A stretch of 64,000 nucleotides of DNA from Chloroflexia bacterium (GTDB taxonomy: Bacteria > Chloroflexota > Chloroflexia > Chloroheliales > Chloroheliaceae), in NCBI GenBank assembly GCA_038322625.1, contig JBBQGA010000015.1:60339-124338 (forward strand), given 5' to 3'. Shown here piece by piece: positions 27,248-36,655 of the stretch. Position numbers and translations under genes: made by a program. Position 1 is the stretch's first letter, and each line of letters opens with the position of its first letter. A model generated the notes under the pieces. It made no database searches. It was not told the DNA's origin and saw nothing but the letters and a program-made list of their open reading frames with translations.

Positions 27248-29227
27248 TCAGGAACACTCGCATCCGCCGGACGAGGTGTGACAGTGTTTGGCCGGGCTGG
27301 GCGGTACATCCAGGGCCGGACTGCGGTCAAAGAAACCAACTGGTTTGAGCATAAACCCGATATAGGAAACCGGCATTACCGGCCAGTCTTCGGGGCGGGG
27401 AATGTGTAAATGGCCGAGTGTGTACCAGACCACGATATTGGTATTCTCAATTTCACGGTCGGCAGCGGTCCATTCCGGTAGGCCAGCGTCACCGGGATGC
27501 TGGTTGGGATAGTCCCCCGCCGCGAATTTCTCAGCCGGGTCATAGGGTGTTACCCACAGGTGTTTAGTCATAAAATTCGCCCGGTGATAGATACTGGCCT
27601 CCGGTTGAGCAAACGGCATCACGTTTTCGCCGTGAACCAACTTGTAGCCGACCGGCTGACCGAGGCTGTTGGTAACGTTTGGGTTAACAATTTTCCAGTA
27701 ACGACCTTTAAGCGGATCGATCAATTGTTGGGCTTCTTTCTCGCTTTTGAGCAGGGTGTTTTTGGCATAAAAAGCGTTGCCGTAGGGATTTTCCGGGCCA
27801 GAAGGTTCGGCCTCGGCGTGAACCTCATAAATCGAATTCGTGGGGCCGTCCACCATCATATCCATCCGAACGTTAAAGAAATGCTGGTGATTGGGGGCGT
27901 AAAGTTGCGGAGCGACCAGCGTCCCGTATTTGCGGGTTTCTCCGGCGGGCAAAGCAGCCGTATTCATGATACCGGTCAGTTTTACTTCGTATTGAAGGCT
28001 ACCGTCCTGGTAGAAATACCAGAAAAAGCCGTACTCGTAGTTACCGACCGTCGAAATAAAAGAAACCACCAGTCGGCGCGACCGGCGAACCTCGGTCTGG
28101 TTGGTACGCCAGTCGACGTGTTTCCACAAAATGCCGTAATCTTCTTCGTGCATACAAATCGCGTTTTTGATCTGCATTACTTCGCCCCGGCTGGTGGACA
28201 TAAAGGCGTCAAAATACTGTATTTCGCCCAGACAATCACAGCCCAGTTCCAGCGAGTTAGCTAGATTTCCGATGCCATATTCTCCTACATCAAAGGCGTT
28301 TTTGCGGTAATTGTTGGGGTGCGGATCGCCATAAGGGACGATCATTTCCGAAAGCGAGGCCCGGTAAATCAAAGGCCGCACCTGGCCGCCATCCTCGTAG
28401 CCAATAGTATACAAAACCAGACCTTCACGAGGGGTAAAGCCTAGCCGAAAACTCCATTTCTGCCACTGAACTTCCTGGCCGTTTACCGCAAAGCTGACAC
28501 CTTCTGGCTGGTTAATTTCCAGCGGTTTTGGGCTGTTCCGAAAGTCTTTAACGTAATCCTGGCTGTAATTTCCGGCGGTCGGCGGCATCGGCACCACGCC
28601 GTTATCGTCAACCCGAATCACCTTCATGGTATTGAGGTCGACCAGTACCATCAAGCCGTCAATGGGCCGGGCATAGCCGTTATCACTCTTTTCGGAACGG
28701 AGCCAGCACAGCGCACGGGAAAGCCGCATGGTTTGTTCTTCCGGCGCACCATAATTTCCGGCGGACCAGGGATCGACCATTACCAGATCGACATCGGTAA
28801 TCCCCCGTTTTGCGAGAGCTTCCCGGAAACCTGGGTCATTCTTTACGGCTTCCTCGCACTCAAAAAACTCATCAAGCATAATCAGCGGCTGCACACCCGG
28901 AATGTGTTTCCATTCGCTGATAGCTTCGCCGGTCAGCGAAACGACCGCCTCGTAGGTGGAACCGTCCTTGTTGTCCAGAATTATCACGAAAGCTTCACGG
29001 GTAATCAACTCGCCCGGCTTGAAGCCCAGCACGATTTCTTTAGAGGGTTCGTGCAGCACTACAGTGGCGTACCGGCATTTTTCGTCAACCCGGCCACTGG
29101 CTTTAAGTATCGCAACCGCTTTGAGAATTTCCGCAGGGGTCAGTGGGTCGAGGGGATGGTGACTAGCCTGGGCCGCACTATCGGTTTCCTTCAATGCCAA
29201 ATTAATTGTCATTGTCTTCTTCTCCAC
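27248..29227 (-). CDS. copper-containing primary amine oxidase (topaquinone enzyme)
   Basis: TPQ consensus TVGNYEYGFFWYF. Conserved His ligands region (HQHFF, HIPRPEDWPVMP). Length is typical at ~650 aa. Confidence 0.9.
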   Translation of the reverse strand: MEKKTMTINLALKETDSAAQASHHPLDPLTPAEILKAVAILKASGRVDEKCRYATVVLHEPSKEIVLGFKPGELITREAFVIILDNKDGSTYEAVVSLTGEAISEWKHIPGVQPLIMLDEFFECEEAVKNDPGFREALAKRGITDVDLVMVDPWSAGNYGAPEEQTMRLSRALCWLRSEKSDNGYARPIDGLMVLVDLNTMKVIRVDDNGVVPMPPTAGNYSQDYVKDFRNSPKPLEINQPEGVSFAVNGQEVQWQKWSFRLGFTPREGLVLYTIGYEDGGQVRPLIYRASLSEMIVPYGDPHPNNYRKNAFDVGEYGIGNLANSLELGCDCLGEIQYFDAFMSTSRGEVMQIKNAICMHEEDYGILWKHVDWRTNQTEVRRSRRLVVSFISTVGNYEYGFFWYFYQDGSLQYEVKLTGIMNTAALPAGETRKYGTLVAPQLYAPNHQHFFNVRMDMMVDGPTNSIYEVHAEAEPSGPENPYGNAFYAKNTLLKSEKEAQQLIDPLKGRYWKIVNPNVTNSLGQPVGYKLVHGENVMPFAQPEASIYHRANFMTKHLWVTPYDPAEKFAAGDYPNQHPGDAGLPEWTAADREIENTNIVVWYTLGHLHIPRPEDWPVMPVSYIGFMLKPVGFFDRSPALDVPPSPAKHCHTSSGGCECS

Positions 29228-29324
29228 TTTGCACTTGTTATTTGGTTTTAAGGTGTTTGGACAAATGTTGAACAGAACCTGATAAAGATAAGTATGTTAT
29301 AACTTGCTCAATAAAGCTAGAGCA

Positions 29325-29369
29325 TTTTGTACAAAAAGTAGAATAAATTTTTGTGCAAAAAGTAGAATA
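29325..29369. promoter_or_regulatory. two 21-bp direct repeats (TTTTGTRCAAAAAGTAGAATA) upstream of the amine oxidase operon
   Basis: 29325..29345 and 29349..29369 differ at one base and lie 24 bp apart. Each contains the palindromic core TTGTACAA/TTGTGCAA. A perfect 12-bp tandem ATAAGTGATATA x2 lies at 29429..29452. Confidence 0.45.
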
Positions 29370-29487
29370 GTGATTTGCATAACAAAAATGAGCAATTCAA
29401 GGTATGCAAAATCAACAATTTGATTTAAATAAGTGATATAATAAGTGATATAAAGAAGCTTCCGCCCTAATGAGCTTTTAAGACCGG

Positions 29488-29784
29488 TTACCGCCATTCC
29501 TGCGGTATAGAATGAGCTAGCCCAGACTCTTCGGACGGGATTATCTCGTGGCCGATGACCGGGACGTTAGCATCTTCCGAACGCTCGGCCCCTTCCAGTT
29601 CAATTGTCTCACCGGGCGTTCGTAGCGATGCTTCATAATCCCATTTTGTCCAGCCGTACCCTACAAAAACAACTTCGCCTAAATCGTGGCTAGCTCCATC
29701 GATGACTTCGGTCAATACCAGCCTGGTGCGCACCGACGGCGGTCTGGCCGGGATGACCTCTTTGATAGTCCCTCTATATTTCAT
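29488..29784 (-). CDS. hypothetical small protein (98 aa)
   Basis: ATG at 29784 lies 5 nt after AAGGAG. No recognisable motif. Confidence 0.45.
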   Translation of the reverse strand: MKYRGTIKEVIPARPPSVRTRLVLTEVIDGASHDLGEVVFVGYGWTKWDYEASLRTPGETIELEGAERSEDANVPVIGHEIIPSEESGLAHSIPQEWR

Positions 29785-29973
29785 AAATGCTCCTTGCCTT
29801 ACCGGTTGGCTGGTAGATGTTACGCTGAATAAAGTGAAAAATTCCAACCGGCTAGCTAAGGTTAGCAAACTGAACCGGATTGAGCCAGATACAGAACAAC
29901 TAAAATTCGCCCGGCATTTTTATTCATTTTGTCTAACCATAATTACTTTAACCATAATTATTGAGGATCACAA

Positions 29974-30018
29974 AAAGTCTATCCATAAAAATTTTACAAA
30001 ACTTTACGGATAGACTTT
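29974..30018 (-). terminator. possible terminator after the Rad52-like gene
   Basis: 11-bp perfect inverted repeat AAAGTCTATCC / GGATAGACTTT with a 23-nt loop. The minus strand continues with TTTTTGTG. Confidence 0.35.
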
Positions 30019-30057
30019 ATATGATTTAAAACTTAGTTTGCCGCTTTATTGGCTGGT

Positions 30058-30864
30058 TCAGGCGGCGATGTTGTTCAGATAGGTAATAAAGTCGCGGGCG
30101 TCGGCATCGGTCAGGTTTTGCAAACTGGTACCATAGCGGGTCATGAGTTCGGCTTCCAACCGTTGTTCGCTAATTTTCCGGCTGGCCGCAATCTTGCGAA
30201 TGCCGTTGATTTGCTGGTCGCTCGCCAGGACCACGCCGTTACCGGCGACGGCTGCCGGGCGTGGGGCCGGGCGACTGGCGGCGACGGGAGCCGGTACGTT
30301 AGCTGGGGGCGGAACCGGCGCAGGAGTTAGAGCCGCTGCCGGAGGAGCCGGGCGCCGAATTGCTTCGGGAGCGGGCATATTATTGGGCCGGGCCGGGCGA
30401 GCCTGATTACGGGGTTGGCCGTCCACCAGGTCGCTATCGTAAAGGCTGTTACCGAACTGATTACCAAAGCAACGTAAGGCTCGTTTCAAAGCATCGGTGA
30501 TCGCCCCTTTGCGGGACATATCATGTGCGTCGATCCGGGCGCGAGGGTTGCGCCCTTCCGAGACTGCGCACACGCCTTCTTCGGTGATCGGCACACAACC
30601 GGCGACCGTCACCCTGATGCGCGCTGCGTAGTAGCTACCGACTATCTCGCCTTTTTCGTCGCTCACCGTGTTCAATTCCACCCCTAACAAGTCATAACCC
30701 CAGTTGCCAAACCCAAATACGTGGTTGGCGGTATTGATTACGTCGTGACCTTCGATGTAGGACAGTTGAACCCCACCACCGCCCGGTCGATGCTTTACTC
30801 GCTTGGCATCCAACGGCTGATTTAAGATGTCGAGTTGTTCCTGACTAAAAGGTGACTGGCCCAT
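30058..30864 (-). CDS. Rad52/Rad22-family single-strand annealing protein
   Basis: N-terminal domain: LDAKRVKHRPGGGGVQLSYIEGHDVINTANHVFGFGNWGYD ... AITDALKRALRCFGNQFGNSLYD. This is followed by a Pro/Ala-rich linker and a small C-terminal helical domain. Confidence 0.8.
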   Translation of the reverse strand: MGQSPFSQEQLDILNQPLDAKRVKHRPGGGGVQLSYIEGHDVINTANHVFGFGNWGYDLLGVELNTVSDEKGEIVGSYYAARIRVTVAGCVPITEEGVCAVSEGRNPRARIDAHDMSRKGAITDALKRALRCFGNQFGNSLYDSDLVDGQPRNQARPARPNNMPAPEAIRRPAPPAAALTPAPVPPPANVPAPVAASRPAPRPAAVAGNGVVLASDQQINGIRKIAASRKISEQRLEAELMTRYGTSLQNLTDADARDFITYLNNIAA

Positions 30865-30988
30865 AATAATACTCCTTGCCTGAACTCAGGCTAACTTTAT
30901 GTTCTTTCTTTCCCCTACGAACATAATCGCTAAAGTATAATAAAAGAGCCAAAAAATTACAAATCTTTGGCCTTTTAACATATTGAGA

Positions 30989-32620
30989 TCAAATGATTTG
31001 CTGAACCAGCACATTTTTGGCGACCTTGCCGAATTTCGATAAAGGAAACTCGGTCATAATCTCCTGGCGTTCCGGTAGTTTGAATTTGGCAATCCCGGTC
31101 CCCAGCAGAAACTGGCAGAGGTCGGCGAGAATCAGGCTTTGAGCCGGTTTTAGGATCACACAGGCGCAGATGCGCTCACCCAGAATCGGATCGGGGACGG
31201 GGATACAGGCCACGTTAAAGACCGCCGGATGGGTCAGGATCAGATTCTCGATTTCTTCGGCACTGATTTTCTCGCCGCCCCGGTTGATCAAATCTTTTTT
31301 GCGGCCTTCCACAATGTAGTTACCGCTGGGGTGACGGCGCATCAGGTCGCCGGAACGGTAGAAGCCGTTGGGGGTAAAGGCCCGCGCGTTGTATTCGGGC
31401 ACTCGGAAATAGCCGCGCAAGGTATACGGCCCGCGCACATACAGTTCGCCGATTTCACCATCCGGTACCGGATTGCCTTCATCATCCAGCAAAAGTATTT
31501 CGTCGGAAGCCGAGACCGGTCGACCTACCGTTTCATAACGCACCGCCGCCGGGTCCTCCAGCCGCCCGTAACATAGCAAACCCTCGGCCATACCAAAGAC
31601 CTCTTGAACCACACAATTCGGGATCATTTCCTCGGCTTGCCGTTTGATCTCGGATTGCAGCTTCTGGCCGCCCGAATTAATTATGCGTAAACTGCTCAGG
31701 TCGAAATCGGCCAGGGCCGGTTCGTTTACCAGCCGGATAATCAGGGTCGGTACCAGTTCCAGGTGCGTCACCCGCTCTTGTTGGATCAGGGCCAGCAAAT
31801 CGGTGGGGCGAGTGGAATTAGACAGGACTACTCGCGCCCCGTGCATCAGAAAGCCCAGCATACCGGGACAGGCCAGCGGGAAGTTATGGCTCATCGGCAG
31901 TGCTACCAGCAGCCTATCGTCAGGCCGGATGTCGGTGACGGCGGCAGAGGCCCGGACATTGTAAAGATAATCGTTGTGGGTACGCGGGATCAGTTTTGGT
32001 ACGCCGGTGGTGCCGCCCGAAAGCTGAAACAGGGCCGGTTCGAGGGGGTCTACCTCGCTACCGTCGAGAGCAGGACCGGTAGCCTCACCATTATCGGCCA
32101 GCAGTTGGTCCAGGCTGATCGCCCCTTCAAGGCTATTCGCGCCGGATACCAGCAAATATTTCAGGCGGGGGTTTTCAGCCTTTACCTGCTCGGCCAAATT
32201 CTTAAACTCGAAATCGCCGCTATGGTCGGGGAAGGCATAACCCCGCGCCTCGCTCAATCGCAAAAAGTGGCTGATCTCGGTGTAGCGATGGCTCACCAGG
32301 GCCATCACCGGGATAACGCCAAGCTTTTGAAGGGCGAAAAAAAGATAAATAAAGGCCGGTTCGTTGGGCAACTGCATTACAAACCGGTCGCCGGGTTTTA
32401 ACCCGAATTTTAACAATTGAGCGGCCAACCGTTCGACCTGGCGGCTCATTTCGGCATAGCTGACCGGCTGGGATTTTGCGACAATCGCGGTTCGACCGGT
32501 GTAACGCTGGCAAATATCGTCAAAAAACTGACCCAAAGTGCGATCTTCCCAGTAGCCGGCCTGCCTGTAACGTTCGATAAATTCAGCCGGATATGGCGTT
32601 ACTCCTTCAAGCGGGGACAT
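30989..32620 (-). CDS. aryl-acid (salicylate/2,3-dihydroxybenzoate type) AMP ligase
   Basis: EntE/DhbE-like N-terminus (YPAEFIERYRQAGYWEDRTLGQFFD). Adenylation motifs LSGGTTGVPKLIP, YRSGD and GRKKDLINRGGEKI. Confidence 0.85.
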   Translation of the reverse strand: MSPLEGVTPYPAEFIERYRQAGYWEDRTLGQFFDDICQRYTGRTAIVAKSQPVSYAEMSRQVERLAAQLLKFGLKPGDRFVMQLPNEPAFIYLFFALQKLGVIPVMALVSHRYTEISHFLRLSEARGYAFPDHSGDFEFKNLAEQVKAENPRLKYLLVSGANSLEGAISLDQLLADNGEATGPALDGSEVDPLEPALFQLSGGTTGVPKLIPRTHNDYLYNVRASAAVTDIRPDDRLLVALPMSHNFPLACPGMLGFLMHGARVVLSNSTRPTDLLALIQQERVTHLELVPTLIIRLVNEPALADFDLSSLRIINSGGQKLQSEIKRQAEEMIPNCVVQEVFGMAEGLLCYGRLEDPAAVRYETVGRPVSASDEILLLDDEGNPVPDGEIGELYVRGPYTLRGYFRVPEYNARAFTPNGFYRSGDLMRRHPSGNYIVEGRKKDLINRGGEKISAEEIENLILTHPAVFNVACIPVPDPILGERICACVILKPAQSLILADLCQFLLGTGIAKFKLPERQEIMTEFPLSKFGKVAKNVLVQQII

Positions 32621-32655
32621 AGTAATAATATCTCCTTTGGTTAGCTTTTTTCGGG

Positions 32656-33828
32656 TTAGCTATTTTCGGAAACGGACGAGTGCTGCCCGGCACTATAAGT
32701 CTGGTAAATTGCGGCGAAGTGGGGGGCGCGTTTGCGGAGCATTTCAAGCTCGATCCGGCCACTACGCATCAGATAGTCGTAGGCCAGTGGAATGGCCGTC
32801 AGGTGCATTTTCTGGTCGAAAGTTTCGTACCAATCGTAGCTGTGCCGGGCGATTTCCAGCATTTTTTCGACGTTTGGGCGGTGAGTTTGCTCGAAGGTTG
32901 CCAGGGCTTGCGGGACAGCCGAGGCAACCTGACAGGCATTGTAAAGGGCAATTACATCTTCGAGGGCCATGCGGGTACCCGACCCAATCGAAAAATGGAC
33001 ACTACGCAGGGCATCCCCGACCAGCACGGTATTACCGTACCACCAGCACCGGTTGGTCACCACGTTAAAATTGAGCCAGCTAGATTTGTTGGTCAGCAAG
33101 GGGTGCCCTTTCAGGTCCTCTTTAAAAATCTCCTGACACAGCCGGACACTCTCGGCCTCGCTCATCTGCCCGAACCCGGCTTGCTGCCAGGTTTGGGCGT
33201 CGCACTCCACGATAAAGGTGCTGTGGGTCGGGCTATAGCGATAACAGTGCGCCACATACGAGCCGCCCTGGTAGCTCCGAAAGATCAGCGACAGGGTATC
33301 AAAAAGCTGGGTAGTGCCGTACCAGATATATTTATTGGTTAGCTGGCTGGCATCGAAGTGGAAAACACCGGGGTAACTGCGGCGGGTTACACTGTTCACG
33401 CCATCGGCTCCCACAATCAGATCGTAGCCGTCGAAAAGCGACAGGTCGTTCAATCGCTGGTCAAAGCATATATTTACGCCTTGTCTGCGGCAATGCTCTT
33501 GCAGGATTGTCAGGAGAGTCAGGCGGGAAATTCCACTGTAGCGGCTGCCATCGATCCGCACTTGCTCACTCTCGCGGGCGATGGTCAGGTCGTCCCAGAC
33601 TTCCATCTGGCTCTCGATCTCGGCGTAGGCTGCCGGGTCGGTATCGCGCAAGAAACCCAACGCCCGGCCTGAGAAAACAACGCCCCAACCGTAGGTCGCC
33701 CCGGCAGGATTTTGCTCGACAATCGTGATTTCGTGAGCCGGGTTACTTTTCTTCATCAGCAGGGCAAAATATAATCCGGCTGGCCCGGCCCCGACGATGC
33801 TAATTCGCAACGCTTTATCCAAAATCAA
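32656..33828 (-). CDS. FAD-dependent aromatic monooxygenase, salicylyl-CoA 5-hydroxylase-like
   Basis: GAGPAGLYFALLMKK dinucleotide fold followed by TYGWGVVFSGRAL. This resembles the N-terminal half of bifunctional salicylyl-CoA 5-hydroxylases. Its start overlaps the stop of the upstream ABC ATPase gene by 4 nt. Confidence 0.7.
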   Translation of the reverse strand: MILDKALRISIVGAGPAGLYFALLMKKSNPAHEITIVEQNPAGATYGWGVVFSGRALGFLRDTDPAAYAEIESQMEVWDDLTIARESEQVRIDGSRYSGISRLTLLTILQEHCRRQGVNICFDQRLNDLSLFDGYDLIVGADGVNSVTRRSYPGVFHFDASQLTNKYIWYGTTQLFDTLSLIFRSYQGGSYVAHCYRYSPTHSTFIVECDAQTWQQAGFGQMSEAESVRLCQEIFKEDLKGHPLLTNKSSWLNFNVVTNRCWWYGNTVLVGDALRSVHFSIGSGTRMALEDVIALYNACQVASAVPQALATFEQTHRPNVEKMLEIARHSYDWYETFDQKMHLTAIPLAYDYLMRSGRIELEMLRKRAPHFAAIYQTYSAGQHSSVSENS

Positions 33829-34520
33829 ACTCCTAGATGCTGATGTTTCAGGCTCTCGTCAGCTTCCAGCACCGCCGAGGCTCCTTCCCAGACGATCCGG
33901 CCTTTGTTCATTACATAGACCCGGCTGGCAATATCAAAGGCCATCTTGATGTTTTGCTCCACCAGCAGGATGGAAAGATCGCGTTCGCGTAGCTGGCAGG
34001 TAATTTGAATAATATCGTGCAACACCATCGGGGCCAGCCCGTCCGAGGGTTCGTCCATCAACAAAAGCCGGGGGTTGGTCATCAAAGCTCGTCCAATTGC
34101 CAGCATCATCTGTTCGCCGCCGGATAGCTGACTGCCCAGGTTGCGTTCGCGTTCCTTTAGCCGGGGGAAAACCCGGTAAATTTCGGGGAGCGACCAGCCG
34201 CCTTTGACCGGGTTACGGGCGGCCACGGTCAGGTTTTCGCGCACGGTCAGATTTGGGAAAATCCGGCGGCCTTGCGGCACCAGCCCCACCCCAAGCCGGG
34301 CAATCGAAGCCGCTTTGAGTTTTTGTAAAGGCTGATGGTGGAAAAGCACCTGCCCTCGCCTGGGCGGCGTAAAGCCGATGATGCTGCGAATGGTGGTGGT
34401 TTTGCCGACCCCGTTACGACCGAGCAAAGCTACCGCTTCGCCTTTGTCCACTCGCAAGGAAACACCCTGCAAAACGTAGCTTTCGCCGTAGTAAGTATGA
34501 ATGTCTCGCAATTCCAGCAT
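33825..34520 (-). CDS. ABC transporter ATP-binding protein, LivF-like
   Basis: MLELRDIHTYYG..., Walker A GRNGVGKTT, signature LSGGEQ, Walker B LLLMDEPS. The start at 34520 was chosen over the 34646 ORF start, which overlaps the upstream gene. Confidence 0.85.
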   Translation of the reverse strand: MLELRDIHTYYGESYVLQGVSLRVDKGEAVALLGRNGVGKTTTIRSIIGFTPPRRGQVLFHHQPLQKLKAASIARLGVGLVPQGRRIFPNLTVRENLTVAARNPVKGGWSLPEIYRVFPRLKERERNLGSQLSGGEQMMLAIGRALMTNPRLLLMDEPSDGLAPMVLHDIIQITCQLRERDLSILLVEQNIKMAFDIASRVYVMNKGRIVWEGASAVLEADESLKHQHLGV

Positions 34521-34527
34521 ACTTTTT

Positions 34528-35283
34528 TTAGTCTCCAAAATAAACCTGACGCACCCGCTCGTCAGCCCGGATAGCCTGGGCGGTGCCTTCGGTGAGGACC
34601 TGCCCCAGGTGCAAAACCGTGATCCGGTCGGCAATTGAAAACACAACTTCCATATCGTGTTCGACCAGCAGCAGTGTCAGGCTGGGCGGTAACTGTTTGA
34701 TCAGATCGATCATGCGGCCTGTTTCGGCCACCGACATCCCGGCGGTCGGCTCATCCAGCAGCAAAATCGAGGGTTCGGTAGCCAGGGCCAGGGCGATTTC
34801 AAGCTGGCGTTGCTCGCCATAAGACAGGCTGGCAACCACCGTCTGGGAACGCCGGGCCAGCCCGACCTGTATTAGAACCTGTTCGACCCGTTCGTTGAGT
34901 TGCCGCCGGGCTTTGCCGGCTGACCATAAATTATAGCTTAACGAGTGCTGACGTTGGACCGCCAGCCGGACATTCTCAAAGGTGGTCAGGCTGGTAAAAA
35001 GATTGTTGCGCTGAAAAGTCCGCGACAGACCGCGCCGGACCCGCTTCCAATCGGGTAAGCCCGTGACGTTGTGGCCTTCAAACTCAATAGTTCCGGCGGT
35101 AGGCTTCAAGGCTCCGCTGATCAGATTAAAAAAGGTAGTTTTACCGGCCCCGTTTGGCCCGATCACGGCGCGTCGTTCGCTTCTGGCTACACTCAAACTG
35201 ACCCCACCGACCGCTTTTAACTCGCCAAAAGTTTTTTGCAGATCGGTAACGCGCAGGGCTTCGCCGCTGAATGGGGTTGTCAT
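34528..35283 (-). CDS. ABC transporter ATP-binding protein, LivG-like
   Basis: Walker A GPNGAGKTT, signature LSYGEQ, Walker B LLLDEPTAG. Confidence 0.85.
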   Translation of the reverse strand: MTTPFSGEALRVTDLQKTFGELKAVGGVSLSVARSERRAVIGPNGAGKTTFFNLISGALKPTAGTIEFEGHNVTGLPDWKRVRRGLSRTFQRNNLFTSLTTFENVRLAVQRQHSLSYNLWSAGKARRQLNERVEQVLIQVGLARRSQTVVASLSYGEQRQLEIALALATEPSILLLDEPTAGMSVAETGRMIDLIKQLPPSLTLLLVEHDMEVVFSIADRITVLHLGQVLTEGTAQAIRADERVRQVYFGD

Positions 35284-36413
35284 TTTTGCTTCCCCCTGAC
35301 GCTCAACCGTTCAGTTCCCCACCGCCACAGGCTGCGGCCAATCCCGACTATACCGGAAGGTGCGAACAGCACAAACACCACCAGGATTGCTCCTAATACC
35401 ATTAGCCAACGTTCGGCCATCAGGAAACTACCCAGCGTAAATTTTTGACCCTGGATAAACTGCTCGGCGTACCGTACAAAAAAGGCCCCCAGCACCGGCC
35501 CGATCAAGGTACCTTTGCCACCCAGCAGCACCATGACCATTACCAGGCCACTATTGGTCCAGTACAAATCGTCCGCCGAGGCAAAGCCGTTGTGGTAGAC
35601 GTTTAAAACTCCGGCCAGTCCGGCCAGTGCCCCGGCAATCACGAAGGCCGCCAGTTTGAAATTGCGGGTTTGATAACCCAATGCCGCCATGCGTTCCTCG
35701 TTATCCCGGATACCGACCAGAGTATGACCGAAGGGCGAGCGTATCACCTGCCGGATTACCAGAAAGCCGATAACAAACAGGGCCAGGGTGACAAAGTAAT
35801 AAGCTGCCGGGTCGGTCAGGTCGATTTGCCAGCCAAACAGAATCAGTTCAGGTTTTAGTACCGGCAAGCCGTTCGAGCCGCCGGTTAGATCGTTCCACTT
35901 GAAGGCGATAGCATAAAGCATCTGAGAAAAGGCCAGCGTCAGCACCAGAAAATATATGCCGGAGGTTCTGATCGATAAATAACCCAGTCCGAGGGCGGCT
36001 ACCCCGGCTACCACCACTCCTACCAGCAGACCCAGCAAGAAGCTGGCATTTTTAATCTGGGCCGTAAAGACTCCGGCGGCGTAAACCCCCAGTCCAAAAT
36101 AGGCCGCGTGTCCAAAAGACACCAGCCCGGTGTAACCGAGCAACAGATTCAAACTGAGCGCGAACAGGGCGTAAATCAAAACTTCGGTCAGCAGATTGAC
36201 CCCAAAATTGTCGCCGTTGCTCAAGGCCGGGAAAGCCGCCAATAGCAGTACCGCCAGCCCACCGGATAGCCATTTAGCCGGACCTAGCCAGGGCAGCGAA
36301 GGCCTGACGGCGTAATTACCACTGTCATCCTCCTTGTCAGGCGAGGCGACCGGACCGGCCTCTATATCCTTACTGACTTCCTCAAGACTCATGCTGACCT
36401 CGAAAACTCTCAC
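35280..36413 (-). CDS. branched-chain-type ABC permease, LivM-like
   Basis: Multi-TM protein whose stop overlaps the start of the LivG-like gene. Liv-type gene order. Confidence 0.8.
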   Translation of the reverse strand: MRVFEVSMSLEEVSKDIEAGPVASPDKEDDSGNYAVRPSLPWLGPAKWLSGGLAVLLLAAFPALSNGDNFGVNLLTEVLIYALFALSLNLLLGYTGLVSFGHAAYFGLGVYAAGVFTAQIKNASFLLGLLVGVVVAGVAALGLGYLSIRTSGIYFLVLTLAFSQMLYAIAFKWNDLTGGSNGLPVLKPELILFGWQIDLTDPAAYYFVTLALFVIGFLVIRQVIRSPFGHTLVGIRDNEERMAALGYQTRNFKLAAFVIAGALAGLAGVLNVYHNGFASADDLYWTNSGLVMVMVLLGGKGTLIGPVLGAFFVRYAEQFIQGQKFTLGSFLMAERWLMVLGAILVVFVLFAPSGIVGIGRSLWRWGTERLSVRGKQK

Positions 36414-36454
36414 CGGTAAAATTTTGGTAAGCTGGGAAAATATTCTTAGAAAAA

Positions 36455-36629
36455 GTAACTACTCAGACCCCACCCCTGACCCCTCCCCAGGGCCACCAGT
36501 GGACGGGGAAAGAAGAAGAAAAGAGTATTAACAGGGGCACCCATAGGGTACCGCCTGTATGACCCCCCGCAGGGGTCGCCCCCCACGACCCCTGCTTCGA
36601 TCCTTTACGTCGGTTTGGTGTGTAGTTAC
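36455..36629 (+). mobile_element. MITE-like repeat, copy 3, between the two permease genes of the ABC operon
   Basis: Full-length alignment with copies 1 and 2. Termini are GTAACTAC...GTAGTTAC. Confidence 0.75.
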
Positions 36630-36655
36630 TAGAAAAATAAGCGTCTATCTTAATC

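Noticed and set aside
33825-34646. The extended 273-aa version of the LivF-like ORF.
   Set aside because: The N-terminal 42 codons overlap the LivG-like gene's 3' end and are not ABC-like. MLELRDIHTYYG at 34520 is the canonical N-terminus.
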